DNA of 64,000 nt, taken from contig JAHDEG010000005.1 in assembly GCA_020628935.1 (NCBI GenBank), positions 79,817 to 143,816 of the forward strand. The letters run 5' to 3'. The stretch is from Flavobacteriales bacterium (GTDB taxonomy: Bacteria; Bacteroidota; Bacteroidia; Flavobacteriales_G; JALEGO01). Below the pieces are notes generated by a model that had not been told where the DNA came from, made no database searches, and saw only the letters and a program-made list of their open reading frames with translations. Of this stretch, positions 9,658 through 20,504 are shown in pieces. Numbering within the stretch: the stretch's first letter is position 1; each line of letters opens with the position of its first letter. A program made the translations under genes and the position numbers.

Positions 9658-12600
9658 TTAGTTATCAGTATTAATTTTTGTGAATAAAGCTCTCACTTGT
9701 TTCTCATTATTTGACAATACAATTTGAAAATTTCCAGCTCTTAAGTTTAATACTACTAAATTATGGGTGTTTAAACCTTCGTTAGCATTAATTTCGTTGT
9801 GTACAACACGATTTCCTTGAGCATCATAAACATCAAGATTGTATTCTCCTTGTTGATCTACAAAAAACTCTAGATTTAAGCTTTCTTGGGTTGGGTTTGG
9901 GTAAATTTTATCTAAACTAAAACTACTGTTATTTGATAGACAAAAAGTATTGTTTGATATGTCAGTGTCAACAATTCCATTAGGCTTACTAAGAGTTACA
10001 CATATATTTCTTGGTAGTTCATTTGCTTCTAAACCAAATTTAGCATTAAAAACATATAATACTCTGCCAAAAGGTTGCAAGGAATTGCTATTAGAGCTCC
10101 AAGCCTCTGATACACTATTGTTATTGTAAATATTTGCTGTAATATTAAAATTGAACACAGGAGTATTTCCTAGGTTAATTACTTCAGCTATTACCGAATA
10201 ATTATTACTTAATTCATTTTTTACTAAGCTTAAATTAGAAATGCTCACATCAGAGAATATTTCTCCAGAGAATATATTTTTGCTTGCAGTATCAGTGCAT
10301 CCATTACTGGATATAGCAATTAAAGAAATAGAAAAAACTCCAGTATCTGTTAATAGGTAATTTAATTCTCCAGTTGTAGCTACTATTTCTTCATTTAATA
10401 TCCACTCGATATTGTCTTCTCCTTCAGATTCATTATTTAGCTCTATTATAGAATTTGGCTCAGCAAACAATCGGGATGCAGAAAATGCAGCTGTTGGTTT
10501 GTCAAGTGCTTCTATATTAAAATTTGCAGTATCAACGCAACCTCGTTCACTAATAGCAATAAGTGATAGAGATATAAAACCTGTTTCATCAGTATTATAT
10601 TCAACAAGATTTCCTTCTAATTCTGCCGGTGAATTATTTTGATTAAATAACCATTTATGATTTGTTACTTCTCCGCTTGAGATATCAGAGTTTCCTTCGA
10701 AAATGATTTTGGTGTTTTTACAAATCGGATTTGAATTACTATAGTTTGCTGAAGGTTGGGGGTAAGGAGAAACAATTTTTGTTGTGTCGTCAATGCAACC
10801 GTTAACATCAGTTACTATTAGGCTTACAGCATACTGAATGTTGGCACTTGTAAATACTATTTCTGGGTTAGGGGCGGAGCTTAAATTAGTATTATTAAAA
10901 TTCCAGTTAAAGCTAGATATGTTACCTGTTGAATTATCGATAAATTGTGAACTATCATTTTCACAGCTAGCATTAAAGAAAAAATCAGCTTTGGGAGAAG
11001 CTAAAATGTTTAATGTTTGATTGGTTGTGTCTTTACACCCAAAGTTATTTTCAACTATCATTATAACTTCAGAAGTTCCTTCGGAAAAAGCATACGAAGG
11101 GTTAGATTGCGAACTACTGTCGACATTATTAAACTTCCACGTTATATTAGTTAATATGCCTGATGGCGTAGTTGAGTTATTATTGAAATTTACGGGGTTT
11201 TCACTACATATAAATTCGTTACTATAATTAAAGTCAGCCTCTGGTTTTTCGAATACATTTATTATTTGTGAAGTAGTATTTGTACAACCACTATCAGTGG
11301 TTAAAGTTAATACGACAGTAAATGTCCCGCTGTTGGAAAATAGGTGGCTAGGATTAGGAATAGTACTTATTCCTCCATCATTAAAATTCCATTGCCAATC
11401 TATCAAATTGCTCTGGTCTGCTGAGCTTGATTGATCAGTAAATTGCACGGCTTCGTTATTACAAGCAATATTGTTTACGTTAAAAGCCGTTAAGGGCGCA
11501 GTTCCTTTTATATTAACGTTAATTGAATCAATTACCTGACAATTTATTGCGTTACTTACTGTGACATAAAATGTACCTGAGTTATTTACCGTTAAAGCTG
11601 TATCTGAAGTATTGTCTGACCAATTATAACTCACATTTTCAGATGCTGGTAAAATTTCAATTTTGTTACCAGAGCACAAATCAATATTGCTTTCTGCTAA
11701 AGCCATGTAATTATTACTGAAAGAATCTATAGATATACTCAATACATTAGTATTGTATGTACACATATTTTGATCAATAATAGTTGCGCTATAGTTACCT
11801 TCATCACTTATATCTATTTTACTAGTAGTGTCATTTGTGTTCCAAAGTATATTGTGCAAGGCGTCATCAACCCCTAGATTTGCTTCTATGGTGTCTCCTA
11901 GGCATATGGTTGTAGCTGATTTTAAGTCTGTTATAGGGAATTTGAGATGAAATGTATCGATAAATGTTTTTCCAAATCTGTTTTCGGTAGATATTGTATA
12001 AATTCCGCTTTCTGAGATGTTAAAGCTTGAAGATGTTTCTGAAGTAAGTTCTCCATTGCTATCACCCCATTGGTAAGAGGTTAACCATGGAGCGTTTACA
12101 TTTAATGTTGTGTCACACAAATCTGATTGGTAAATAGTATCAGGTAAGTTTACTAACGGGTGGTATTTATTAGAGAGGTAGTTTTCGATGGAAAGGACTT
12201 CGTTTTCGCTTAATGCTCTATTATAAATGATTAATTCTGCTAAATTTCCATTCCATGTTCTGTTGTCTAAAATTCTATCGCTTGCGAAGTTTGACGCCTT
12301 AACATCAGCTAATGTTACGAGAGAAAGTAAGAAAAAGTCATTGGGGTAATTTTCTGAAGATCCATTAATTAGCGTTGAATTTATTCTAGTTTGGCCACCG
12401 GTTACATTGCCACTAGCATTGCCAGGGGCGTAAATGGTTCCTGAGTTCCCATGAAAATCAAATGATGTGGTGTCTCCTAATAACGGGATTATTGAGTTTG
12501 AGCTATTATTGTCTTTTGATGCAACAACAAATAAAGTTCGAATGGTATTAATCTTGGGGAAGGCAATAAACTCAGATCCTTCAAAAAGTAACGCAGGTTT

Positions 12601-12840
12601 ATCATTAATTTCAGTAACATTATTTAGAAACTCCGGCTGACGAATTGGGTTGTCTTGAAATGCATCATTGCCTAATGCACTACTGTTAGACCAATTAGTG
12701 ACATTATTTCCAGATGTAATAACACCCTGGTCTGATTTTAACCAAAGATTTAAGTTAGCGATATCAGACGGTAATATTTGGCTAACTAATACAGTGTTTA
12801 AGCCTAATAGGCAAGCAATCGTAATTATAAATTTTAGCAT
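9658..12840 (-). CDS. LamG-domain, multi-PKD-domain surface protein with T9SS type A sorting domain
   Basis: 1060 aa with signal peptide. N-terminal LamG-like region (GNLAELIIYNRALSENEV). Repeated PKD units (FTDQSS...WQWNFNDGG...NPSHLF...GTFTVVLTLT..GC). C-terminal KIYPNPTQESLNLEF...GNFQIVL type A CTD. Confidence 0.85.
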   Translation of the reverse strand: MLKFIITIACLLGLNTVLVSQILPSDIANLNLWLKSDQGVITSGNNVTNWSNSSALGNDAFQDNPIRQPEFLNNVTEINDKPALLFEGSEFIAFPKINTIRTLFVVASKDNNSSNSIIPLLGDTTSFDFHGNSGTIYAPGNASGNVTGGQTRINSTLINGSSENYPNDFFLLSLVTLADVKASNFASDRILDNRTWNGNLAELIIYNRALSENEVLSIENYLSNKYHPLVNLPDTIYQSDLCDTTLNVNAPWLTSYQWGDSNGELTSETSSSFNISESGIYTISTENRFGKTFIDTFHLKFPITDLKSATTICLGDTIEANLGVDDALHNILWNTNDTTSKIDISDEGNYSATIIDQNMCTYNTNVLSISIDSFSNNYMALAESNIDLCSGNKIEILPASENVSYNWSDNTSDTALTVNNSGTFYVTVSNAINCQVIDSINVNIKGTAPLTAFNVNNIACNNEAVQFTDQSSSADQSNLIDWQWNFNDGGISTIPNPSHLFSNSGTFTVVLTLTTDSGCTNTTSQIINVFEKPEADFNYSNEFICSENPVNFNNNSTTPSGILTNITWKFNNVDSSSQSNPSYAFSEGTSEVIMIVENNFGCKDTTNQTLNILASPKADFFFNASCENDSSQFIDNSTGNISSFNWNFNNTNLSSAPNPEIVFTSANIQYAVSLIVTDVNGCIDDTTKIVSPYPQPSANYSNSNPICKNTKIIFEGNSDISSGEVTNHKWLFNQNNSPAELEGNLVEYNTDETGFISLSLIAISERGCVDTANFNIEALDKPTAAFSASRLFAEPNSIIELNNESEGEDNIEWILNEEIVATTGELNYLLTDTGVFSISLIAISSNGCTDTASKNIFSGEIFSDVSISNLSLVKNELSNNYSVIAEVINLGNTPVFNFNITANIYNNNSVSEAWSSNSNSLQPFGRVLYVFNAKFGLEANELPRNICVTLSKPNGIVDTDISNNTFCLSNNSSFSLDKIYPNPTQESLNLEFFVDQQGEYNLDVYDAQGNRVVHNEINANEGLNTHNLVVLNLRAGNFQIVLSNNEKQVRALFTKINTDN

Positions 12841-12905
12841 AAAGTATTTGCGATTTTAAACAAATATAAAAAACAGATTTACTTTAAATTAAATTAGTGT
12901 CTTTT

Positions 12906-14051
12906 CTAACTATCAGCTAATTCTAAAAAGTCAAGTCCAAACTGTTTTATTTTCTGAGTATAGTCGCTTTCAGAATTAGAGTTGCTAACTCCCTCTAAAG
13001 AATTTAACATGAGATCGCTTAATGCTTGAGCGTTATTAACATCAAAAAAATGCGCATTATCTGAAACTTGTTCCTTGTGAATATCGATAGATGAAACAAG
13101 TAATTTCTTATTCAAACATTTACTGTCTTCGACAACTGTGCTCCACCCTTCAAACTTACTAGGTTGAATTATAGCTATAGCATTTTTCATCAGTCCTAGT
13201 TGTTCATACCTATCAATAAATCCTGTAAAAACAATATTTGACTGTAAGTCATTGTCGGATATAAAGTTTTTAAGACTTGCAACATAGTCAATATTTCTGG
13301 GATCGTGTTGCTTGCCAGAAAAATACACTTTGAAGTTTCTAGATTTAGTAACTAATTTTTTGATAGCTTCCAAAACTATTATATGATTTTTGTGAGCCCA
13401 AAATTGGTTGCAAACCATAAAGTAGGGTTTTGAAAAATCATATTTTGTTGCTAGGGTTATCTTGTCTTGAATTAATGAATGGTCTATTATTGATGTAAAA
13501 CGTAAAACATGAATTTTAGCTTTGGAATTTGGAAAAAAATTATAAAAATGGGTTTTGGCTGTATTACTAGACACAATAATATGACCAGCATTAAGAGCCA
13601 TAGCTTTAAAGTTCGTGTCTCGCTTATTAATTTCTTCTTCACTAAATAATTCTGGCATGAATTTATGCTGAAAATCATAAATCCAGTAGTATATATCACA
13701 GTTTACTTTTTTTAAATCAGATTGGTACTCAATAAAAGGGTATACAAAGTTTAGGTTATGCTCATTGATTATTTTTTCTAAAAACACATTTCGGTTTAAT
13801 GTTTTTCCTAAAACTTTGCACCAAATTTTTTTGAGAATAAAGACCTGATTTAAATTAACAAATTGCACATTTCTGTGAACTAGTTCGTCAGTGATTTCTT
13901 TTGGTGTAGCATTATTTATAAACACTACTATTTGAGGTCTCAAGTTTTCCTCAAGTAATAATTGAGATTTTATAATATTGGCGACATAGTACAAACCACC
14001 GGCCCAATTATAATTACCAGTAAGTATTAATCCAATTCTTTTTTTATCCAT
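12906..14051 (-). CDS. Glycosyltransferase, GT4-type (GT-B fold)
   Basis: 381 aa. C-terminal IIQPSKFEGWSTVVEDSKCLNKKLLVS resembles the GT4 E-x7-E region. Overlaps the upstream epimerase gene by 25 nt. Confidence 0.7.
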   Translation of the reverse strand: MDKKRIGLILTGNYNWAGGLYYVANIIKSQLLLEENLRPQIVVFINNATPKEITDELVHRNVQFVNLNQVFILKKIWCKVLGKTLNRNVFLEKIINEHNLNFVYPFIEYQSDLKKVNCDIYYWIYDFQHKFMPELFSEEEINKRDTNFKAMALNAGHIIVSSNTAKTHFYNFFPNSKAKIHVLRFTSIIDHSLIQDKITLATKYDFSKPYFMVCNQFWAHKNHIIVLEAIKKLVTKSRNFKVYFSGKQHDPRNIDYVASLKNFISDNDLQSNIVFTGFIDRYEQLGLMKNAIAIIQPSKFEGWSTVVEDSKCLNKKLLVSSIDIHKEQVSDNAHFFDVNNAQALSDLMLNSLEGVSNSNSESDYTQKIKQFGLDFLELADS

Positions 14052-14923
14052 TGCATGTATGCTTCTAACCCTTTTTTAAGACTATATTTTGGTTCAAATC
14101 CATACGATTTTAGAATTGAGATATCTGCTTTCCAAAACTTTGGATCTCCTATTTTTTCCTCCCCAGAAAAACTTATTTTTTTTGATCCTCCCAATAACAT
14201 ACCCCAAGTTTCAGTAGCTTCTTTTATAGTTGTTTCATGACCAGAAGCTGCATTAACTAAACTAGCTTTAAAGTCACATTTTTCAAAAATCAATTCAAGA
14301 GCGTTGAGTAGATCATGTATATATATAAAGTCTCGAGTTTCTTTGCCAGTACCGAATAGAGAAACATTTTTTGAGGATGTTGATTTATATTTGTGATAAA
14401 AATCCCAAAATAATTGCTTTTTTAATCTGGGTCCGAATGCAGAAAATATTCTCACCGAACAGGTTTTTAAACCAAATAATACATTAAACTCTTCTAGTAA
14501 TTTTTCGCTGGCTACTTTATGATATCCGTATGGTGATAGCGGACGAATTTCACTTTTTTCTGAAATTGGCAGTTTCTTTGGTGCTCCATAAACTGCTGCG
14601 CTAGACAAGTTTATGAATTTGCAATTGGGTTGGTGTTTTTTTATAGCCCACAATATTTTAGAGACATTATAAACATTAAGTTCATAATCTAAGACAGGGT
14701 TTTCATATGAAAATTGAACATTAGCTGCTCCTGAAGCATTTAAGCACAAGTCTGGCTTTTCTATCTTAATAATTTCTTCAAATGAAACATTTTGTAAGCT
14801 GTAGTAATCATTCTTACTTATATTAAGAATATCTGCTTCAACAACTGTATATTTTTTTTCTTTAAAAAATAAAGTGCTGTTAGACCCAATAAAACCTTTA
14901 GCTCCAATTACTAAAATTTTCAT
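14027..14923 (-). CDS. NAD-dependent epimerase/dehydratase (extended SDR)
   Basis: N-terminal Rossmann motif MKILVIGAKGFIGSN; SPYGYHK (YxxxK catalytic motif). Confidence 0.8.
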   Translation of the reverse strand: MKILVIGAKGFIGSNSTLFFKEKKYTVVEADILNISKNDYYSLQNVSFEEIIKIEKPDLCLNASGAANVQFSYENPVLDYELNVYNVSKILWAIKKHQPNCKFINLSSAAVYGAPKKLPISEKSEIRPLSPYGYHKVASEKLLEEFNVLFGLKTCSVRIFSAFGPRLKKQLFWDFYHKYKSTSSKNVSLFGTGKETRDFIYIHDLLNALELIFEKCDFKASLVNAASGHETTIKEATETWGMLLGGSKKISFSGEEKIGDPKFWKADISILKSYGFEPKYSLKKGLEAYMQWIKKELD

Positions 14924-15009
14924 ATATCAATGATATAACATTACCCATCAAAGAACAAAAAAACCTGTAAGTTTAGCTTTTACATGCAATTGGTACTTCT
15001 AATGTACTT

Positions 15010-15684
15010 ATGTTTATCACTTTAATTATACATTTGTTATCCTTAACGTCTCATCAATTAATGCAAATACTACTAAAAATAGTACGCAAGCTAAAATCTT
15101 TATTAGGCTTAAATTCTTCTATTGTAGATTATAGCCATATTGAAGTTGGTAATAGAACCAGAGTCGATGGTATTGACGTTCACATTAGAAATGGTTTGCC
15201 AGATAAAAAATATGTTTCTATTGGTTCTGATAGTGTAATTAGCGGGTCTTATTTTTTTGAAATACCTTCTGGCTTTGTTAAAATTGGTTCTAGTACTTTT
15301 ATAGGTGGTGGCCACTTTAATAGTGTTGAAGGGATTGAAATAGGTGATGATGTTATGATTTCTTGGGGTTGTACATTTATTGATCATAATTCTCATGCTC
15401 TTTCTTGGAAGGACAGAAAAAATGACGTTAAAGAGTGGAAGCGTGGTTTAGATGAAAACCAAATAGGTAAATATAAATCTTGGGATAATGTTAAACGTGC
15501 CAAGATAGTTGTAGGAAATAAGGCCTGGATTGGCTTTAATAGTATTATTATGAAAGGGGTTAATATTGGTGAAGGCAGTATAGTCGCTTCGGGCAGCGTG
15601 GTAACTAAAAGCATTCCTAAATGGACTATTGTAGGGGGTAATCCTGCAAAGATAATTCGTGAAATACCAGAGCATGAGCGGTAA
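15010..15684 (+). CDS. Hexapeptide-repeat (left-handed beta-helix) acetyltransferase
   Basis: C-terminal [50 protein letters not shown] is a classic hexapeptide acyltransferase end. The true start may be the internal ATG near 15061. Confidence 0.75.
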   Translation: MFITLIIHLLSLTSHQLMQILLKIVRKLKSLLGLNSSIVDYSHIEVGNRTRVDGIDVHIRNGLPDKKYVSIGSDSVISGSYFFEIPSGFVKIGSSTFIGGGHFNSVEGIEIGDDVMISWGCTFIDHNSHALSWKDRKNDVKEWKRGLDENQIGKYKSWDNVKRAKIVVGNKAWIGFNSIIMKGVNIGEGSIVASGSVVTKSIPKWTIVGGNPAKIIREIPEHER

Positions 15685-16558
15685 TTTAACTTGGCATGAG
15701 ACTATAGAACATATTCGTTCTAAACCTGAATACGCTAATTTAGTTGATCAAGCTTATTTTCATGAAGATTTAGAGCGTAATGTACTAAGGTTTGGGAATA
15801 GTAGAGAGTACGAGGAAACCAAGAAATTACTAGGTAAGTACGCTGGTAATAAATCTCCATTGCGGATTTTAGATATTGGATGTGGAAATGGCATTTCAGC
15901 AATTAACTTTGCTAGAGACGGCCATAAGGTTGTAGCTTTAGAACCAGATTCAAGTGATACGGTTGGTGCAGGTGCGATTCATAAAATGAAAACCTTTTTT
16001 AAGCTAAATAACTTAGATGTTGTTGAGTGTTTTGCTGAAGATATGGACTTCGAATCTGATTCTTTTGATGTAGTTTACTTTAGGCAATCTATGCATCATG
16101 CGAATGATTTAAATGACTTTGTTTTTCAAGCTTCTAAAGCCTTAAAAAAAAATGGTCTATTACTATCTATACGAGATCACGTTATTTTTGATGAAAAAGA
16201 TAAGGACCTATTTTTGTTTCATCACCCACTCCATAAATTTTATGGAGGAGAGAATGCATATACTTCAAGTGAGTATAAAGCCGCTTTCAAAAATGCGGGC
16301 TTAATAGTTGAAAAGGAGTTCAAGTATTATGATAGCGTTATTAATTGCTTTCCTTTATCTATTGAGGATATAGAGCAACTTCCTTCCAAAATCAAATTAG
16401 AACGTAAGCTTGGCTTTAAAATTAAATTGGGTGCTTTAGCAAATATTCCGGGTTTGTTTAATTTATATAATTTCTATCTCAATAAAAAGTTGGGAGGATA
16501 CCTAAGTGAGCGAAATGTGCCAGGTAGAATGTACTCTTACGTTGCAATTAAAAAGTAA
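15659..16558 (+). CDS. Class I SAM-dependent methyltransferase
   Basis: Motif [13 protein letters not shown]. 299 aa. An alternative start is at 15674. Confidence 0.75.
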   Translation: MKYQSMSGNLTWHETIEHIRSKPEYANLVDQAYFHEDLERNVLRFGNSREYEETKKLLGKYAGNKSPLRILDIGCGNGISAINFARDGHKVVALEPDSSDTVGAGAIHKMKTFFKLNNLDVVECFAEDMDFESDSFDVVYFRQSMHHANDLNDFVFQASKALKKNGLLLSIRDHVIFDEKDKDLFLFHHPLHKFYGGENAYTSSEYKAAFKNAGLIVEKEFKYYDSVINCFPLSIEDIEQLPSKIKLERKLGFKIKLGALANIPGLFNLYNFYLNKKLGGYLSERNVPGRMYSYVAIKK

Positions 16559-16571
16559 TCTGTTTTAAGTT

Positions 16572-18410
16572 ATGTGTGGTATATTAGGTGTAATTAATAT
16601 AAATATTAGTGACAATGGATTTAAAGCCGCACTCGACACAATTGCGCATAGAGGACCAGATAGTTATGGAATTTGGAGAGATGATAATAAAGCTGTTTTA
16701 GGACATAGGCGTTTAGCAATAATAGATTTATCTACTTCAGGTCAACAACCTATGCAAGTCGAAAACCGTTACACAATTACGTTTAACGGTGAGATTTATA
16801 ATTTTAAGGAGTTGAGAGTTCAACTACATAAATTAGGACATTCGTTTGAAAGTGATTCAGATACAGAGATTGTCTTAAAATCTTACATACAATGGGGTAA
16901 AGATTGTGTGCAACGTTTCAATGGAATGTGGGCTATGGGGATTTGGGATAGCACTAAAAATGAGTTATTTCTGTCTCGTGATCGACTAGGAAAAAAGCCG
17001 TTGTTTTATTCTTTTTTAGATGGGAATAAACTAGTTTTTTCTTCTGAAATGAAGGCTATTTATCCTTTTCAAAAAAAGTTTGAATATGATTTAAAAGTTA
17101 TTGAGTCTGCAAAAGAGAATAATTTCACATACGAAAGCACTGACCAATGTATTGTTAAAGGGATTAAACGTTTTCCTGCAGCTAGTTCAGCTATTTATAA
17201 TCTGGGAGACAAAGATGAGTTAGTTATTGATACTTATTGGTCGGCTTTAAATAAGAGTATAAATATTTCCAAGCGATACGAGGATCAGGTTATACAGTTT
17301 AAAGAATTATTTGTGGACGCTTGCAAGCTTAGAATGCGAGCAGATGTTGACATATCTACTGCTTTAAGTGGAGGAGTAGACTCTAGCGCAATAGCATCTG
17401 TGATAAGTGAATATAAAGACGAAGTACTAGGGGCTCATGAGTATAAAACATTCACAGCCTCATTTACAGGTACTGATTTAGACGAAACGGATGCTGTTAA
17501 AACGCTTCAAAAGAAGTTTAATTTGGATTCAGCGTTTATAAATATTAATCCAATTGATGATTTAGATAATATAACTCATCAGGCCTATATGTTTGAAGAA
17601 ATATATTATGCACCAACAGTACCATTTGTTCAGCTTTATAAAAAAATAAAGTCAAGTAATTACAAAGTGAGTATTGATGGGCATGGTGCAGATGAGTTAT
17701 TTGGGGGTTATCCTTTTATCTTGGACGCACTAACAATAGACGATCTTCCTGATGTTTATAAGCTCTATAAACATAACAACCAGCTAAATGATTTACGCCC
17801 ATCTAAGGTTAGTTTTTCCAATGCTTTAAAATTTGCCTTGCCTCATAAGTTTCCGTTATTGCAAAAAATTGCTTCAAACGCACCAACAATACATAAAATT
17901 GAGGGATTAAATTGGTTGAATTCTGAGTTGTATAAAGCCTCTTTTAAAACCATTTTGCCTACACTTTTACGAAATTATGATAGGTATTCTATGATAAATG
18001 GAGTTGAGATTAGGATGCCATTTTTAGACTATAGATTAGTTGAGCTGGCTTTTGCACTTCCATCAACATCAAAATTCAGGAACGGTTTTACAAAATCGAT
18101 AGTTAGAGATGCATTTAATAAAAAAGTACCTGACGAAATTTTGTATAATAAATCTAAAATAGGGTTTAATGCCCCAATTAATGCTTGGGTAAAAAATGCT
18201 AAGTTTAAAGACTGGCTGCTTGATCAAACCGAAAGCGTTGCTTTTGTAAATTCTGAATTAATTGATAGTAAAAAAGTGAAGAGTAAGATAAACGCTCTTT
18301 TTAATGAAAACTTAGATTTTTTAGAAGCTTCATCTTTATTTGAATCAATAAACCCTTATTTGTTAGAGGAAGGAAATAAAAAGTATGGTACTTTATCTAA
18401 AGTAATTTAG
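16572..18410 (+). CDS. asnB: Asparagine synthase (glutamine-hydrolysing) family amidotransferase
   Basis: MCGILG N-terminus (Ntn Cys2 glutaminase) and SGGVDSS pyrophosphatase loop. 612 aa. Sits inside a glycan locus (WbpS-like context). Confidence 0.85.
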   Translation: MCGILGVININISDNGFKAALDTIAHRGPDSYGIWRDDNKAVLGHRRLAIIDLSTSGQQPMQVENRYTITFNGEIYNFKELRVQLHKLGHSFESDSDTEIVLKSYIQWGKDCVQRFNGMWAMGIWDSTKNELFLSRDRLGKKPLFYSFLDGNKLVFSSEMKAIYPFQKKFEYDLKVIESAKENNFTYESTDQCIVKGIKRFPAASSAIYNLGDKDELVIDTYWSALNKSINISKRYEDQVIQFKELFVDACKLRMRADVDISTALSGGVDSSAIASVISEYKDEVLGAHEYKTFTASFTGTDLDETDAVKTLQKKFNLDSAFININPIDDLDNITHQAYMFEEIYYAPTVPFVQLYKKIKSSNYKVSIDGHGADELFGGYPFILDALTIDDLPDVYKLYKHNNQLNDLRPSKVSFSNALKFALPHKFPLLQKIASNAPTIHKIEGLNWLNSELYKASFKTILPTLLRNYDRYSMINGVEIRMPFLDYRLVELAFALPSTSKFRNGFTKSIVRDAFNKKVPDEILYNKSKIGFNAPINAWVKNAKFKDWLLDQTESVAFVNSELIDSKKVKSKINALFNENLDFLEASSLFESINPYLLEEGNKKYGTLSKVI

Positions 18411-19337
18411 TGTTTTAGATATTACATTTTTAAATCTGGACCATATACTTTGATAGTGTTTTTGTTTGAGGTAACGGGCAAGTTTATTTCTTGCTGTTTT
18501 TGATTCTTCCACATCAACTTTATTTATTTCTATAAACTCTGTTTTGTTAGGATTTTCTGCTATTTCTTCCAATAAGAGATCGTTACTTGAATGTTGAGCG
18601 TCTTCACCAAAACCAATGTTAGTTACTAAAGATTTTTTAGGATAAAGATATAGTCCATTTTTTAAAAAAACACTTAAATACCATCTAATGCCCCATGAAT
18701 CAATTTTTGAATTGGGCTTTAGTGAATTTAAAACCATTGTTTCGTAGGGGTAGGAGTCATCTAAATTAAATTTTGTTAATTGATTTTTTGTTTTAATTTT
18801 TTTCCAATTATCCTCTAGATCATGACTGTACTCGTTCCATGATCTTTTCCAGGTTCCCCAACCCCAAGTAGAAACATATCTTAATAAGAACGAGTTTTTT
18901 TGAATATTTTCGATAGGAAAAATATGCCCAGAAACGCCCATAACTTTTTCATCCTCTTTATAAAGAGTTAAGGCACTATTCATAAATTTTAAAAAACCTC
19001 TTGAGGTAATTAGGTCGTCCTCTAAAACTATTACTTTTTCATAGTTTGAAATGATTTCTGTAACCCCTGAAGTTATACTTTTTGATAACCCTAAATTTTT
19101 TGTTCTGGTTTTAATCTCAATAGTTCCCGGCCAATTAAAATCTTGAACTATATTTTTAGTAGATTCCACCTTTTGAATGGTTTCGCTATCATGTGTTTTC
19201 GGACCATCAATAAACACAAATAAAATACTTTGCTCAGATAAATCGTTAGCTGCTAATGCTTTTAGTGTTTTTAGTGTTTCGTTTGGCCGGTTGTATGCGA
19301 AAAGTAAGATTGGAGCTATGTTGCTTTTTTGTGGCAT
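18393..19337 (-). CDS. Putative GT-A fold glycosyltransferase (GNT-I-like N-terminus)
   Basis: 314 aa. PILLFAYNRPNETLKTLKAL...FVFIDGP and VLEDDL (DxD-like) resemble GNT-I/GT-A transferases. Assignment is by motif only. Confidence 0.5.
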   Translation of the reverse strand: MPQKSNIAPILLFAYNRPNETLKTLKALAANDLSEQSILFVFIDGPKTHDSETIQKVESTKNIVQDFNWPGTIEIKTRTKNLGLSKSITSGVTEIISNYEKVIVLEDDLITSRGFLKFMNSALTLYKEDEKVMGVSGHIFPIENIQKNSFLLRYVSTWGWGTWKRSWNEYSHDLEDNWKKIKTKNQLTKFNLDDSYPYETMVLNSLKPNSKIDSWGIRWYLSVFLKNGLYLYPKKSLVTNIGFGEDAQHSSNDLLLEEIAENPNKTEFIEINKVDVEESKTARNKLARYLKQKHYQSIWSRFKNVISKTLNYFR

Positions 19338-19340
19338 TTA

Positions 19341-20504
19341 TTAGTATTCAAGTATTGAATCAAAATTTTCGGGGGCATATTGTGCAGCATCAATTTTAGC
19401 TTGTTCTCTTAAAATATTTAATTCATCAGTGTTTTTTTGCCAACTTAGGAGCAATTTAATGACCTGTTCATATGAACTGAAATAGGCGCATGAGTGTTTA
19501 AATTCTTCAGTTTTTAGACTTTCTGGCAAAATACCCGGTAATGAATATCTTATCATATTAAAAAACACCCCTGTTTCTTTTAATTTACCGTATTGGCTTT
19601 TTTTATTAAGGTTGCCAAATATAATACTAGCATTTTTCATGCTTTCTGAGTAGTAAGCTTCACTGACATAGTCTTTATGAAACTTAATGTTGATATATGA
19701 AACCGCTTCAAAATTAGATATTAATTTGTCTAAAGGCTTGTTTTTCTGACCATAGTGACCAAGTAAGTGAAAGGTAATTTTTTTTGAAGGATCAAAGTTA
19801 TTTTGGTTTTTTTGAAGGATTTCAAAAAAGGTTAAGTAGTCTCTTCGTCTTTCATCAACTGTTCCTGGAATAACAACATTTATATGATCAGGGGCAATGT
19901 CTTTTGAGGTTGAAGTTAAATTATTGTCTTTCACACAAAAGGGTAAAACAGTTACTTTATCTTCGTTAATATACTGTTTTAGTTCATTTTGAACATTTTT
20001 ACCAAAGGCGAGTAATTTTGTATTACTACGTGTTAATGTTTTCCTTTTGAAAATAATTTTCTGCAAATATTCTTTACTTTCTCTTGGTACAATAGTTCTT
20101 AACTTATACAATAAGTCTCTATTAAATTTAAAGTCAAATGCTTTAAGGTCTCTAAATAGATTAAGGTCTAATAACTCTTCCGAACTGTGTATGCCAACAT
20201 ATTTAATCCCAGGTAATTTAGTTCTGTTGATGTGCTTTAGTATGTAGTATACAGATATAAAAAAGGTTTTATTTGCTGAGAATTCTTCTATTTGCTTAAA
20301 TAAATCTGAAATTGATTTTTCGGGTTTGTGAATATGAATTTCTACATTTTTTAAATCTAAATTAGCTCCAATTATTAATTGGTTAACTTCTTCACTTATA
20401 AAAAGCTTTAAACTAACGTTTTGCTTAGTTTTACAGATTTTAATAAGTGATATTACGGCTAGGTAATGATTAGGAACTAAAACTTCAACAGCAGCTATTT
20501 TCAT
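19341..20504 (-). CDS. Hypothetical protein (glycan-locus orphan, possibly GT-B-like)
   Basis: 387-aa ORF. Its start ATG overlaps the ABC exporter stop (TAATG at 20502-20506), and it ends 3 nt before the next gene. No recognisable motif. Confidence 0.4.
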   Translation of the reverse strand: MKIAAVEVLVPNHYLAVISLIKICKTKQNVSLKLFISEEVNQLIIGANLDLKNVEIHIHKPEKSISDLFKQIEEFSANKTFFISVYYILKHINRTKLPGIKYVGIHSSEELLDLNLFRDLKAFDFKFNRDLLYKLRTIVPRESKEYLQKIIFKRKTLTRSNTKLLAFGKNVQNELKQYINEDKVTVLPFCVKDNNLTSTSKDIAPDHINVVIPGTVDERRRDYLTFFEILQKNQNNFDPSKKITFHLLGHYGQKNKPLDKLISNFEAVSYINIKFHKDYVSEAYYSESMKNASIIFGNLNKKSQYGKLKETGVFFNMIRYSLPGILPESLKTEEFKHSCAYFSSYEQVIKLLLSWQKNTDELNILREQAKIDAAQYAPENFDSILEY

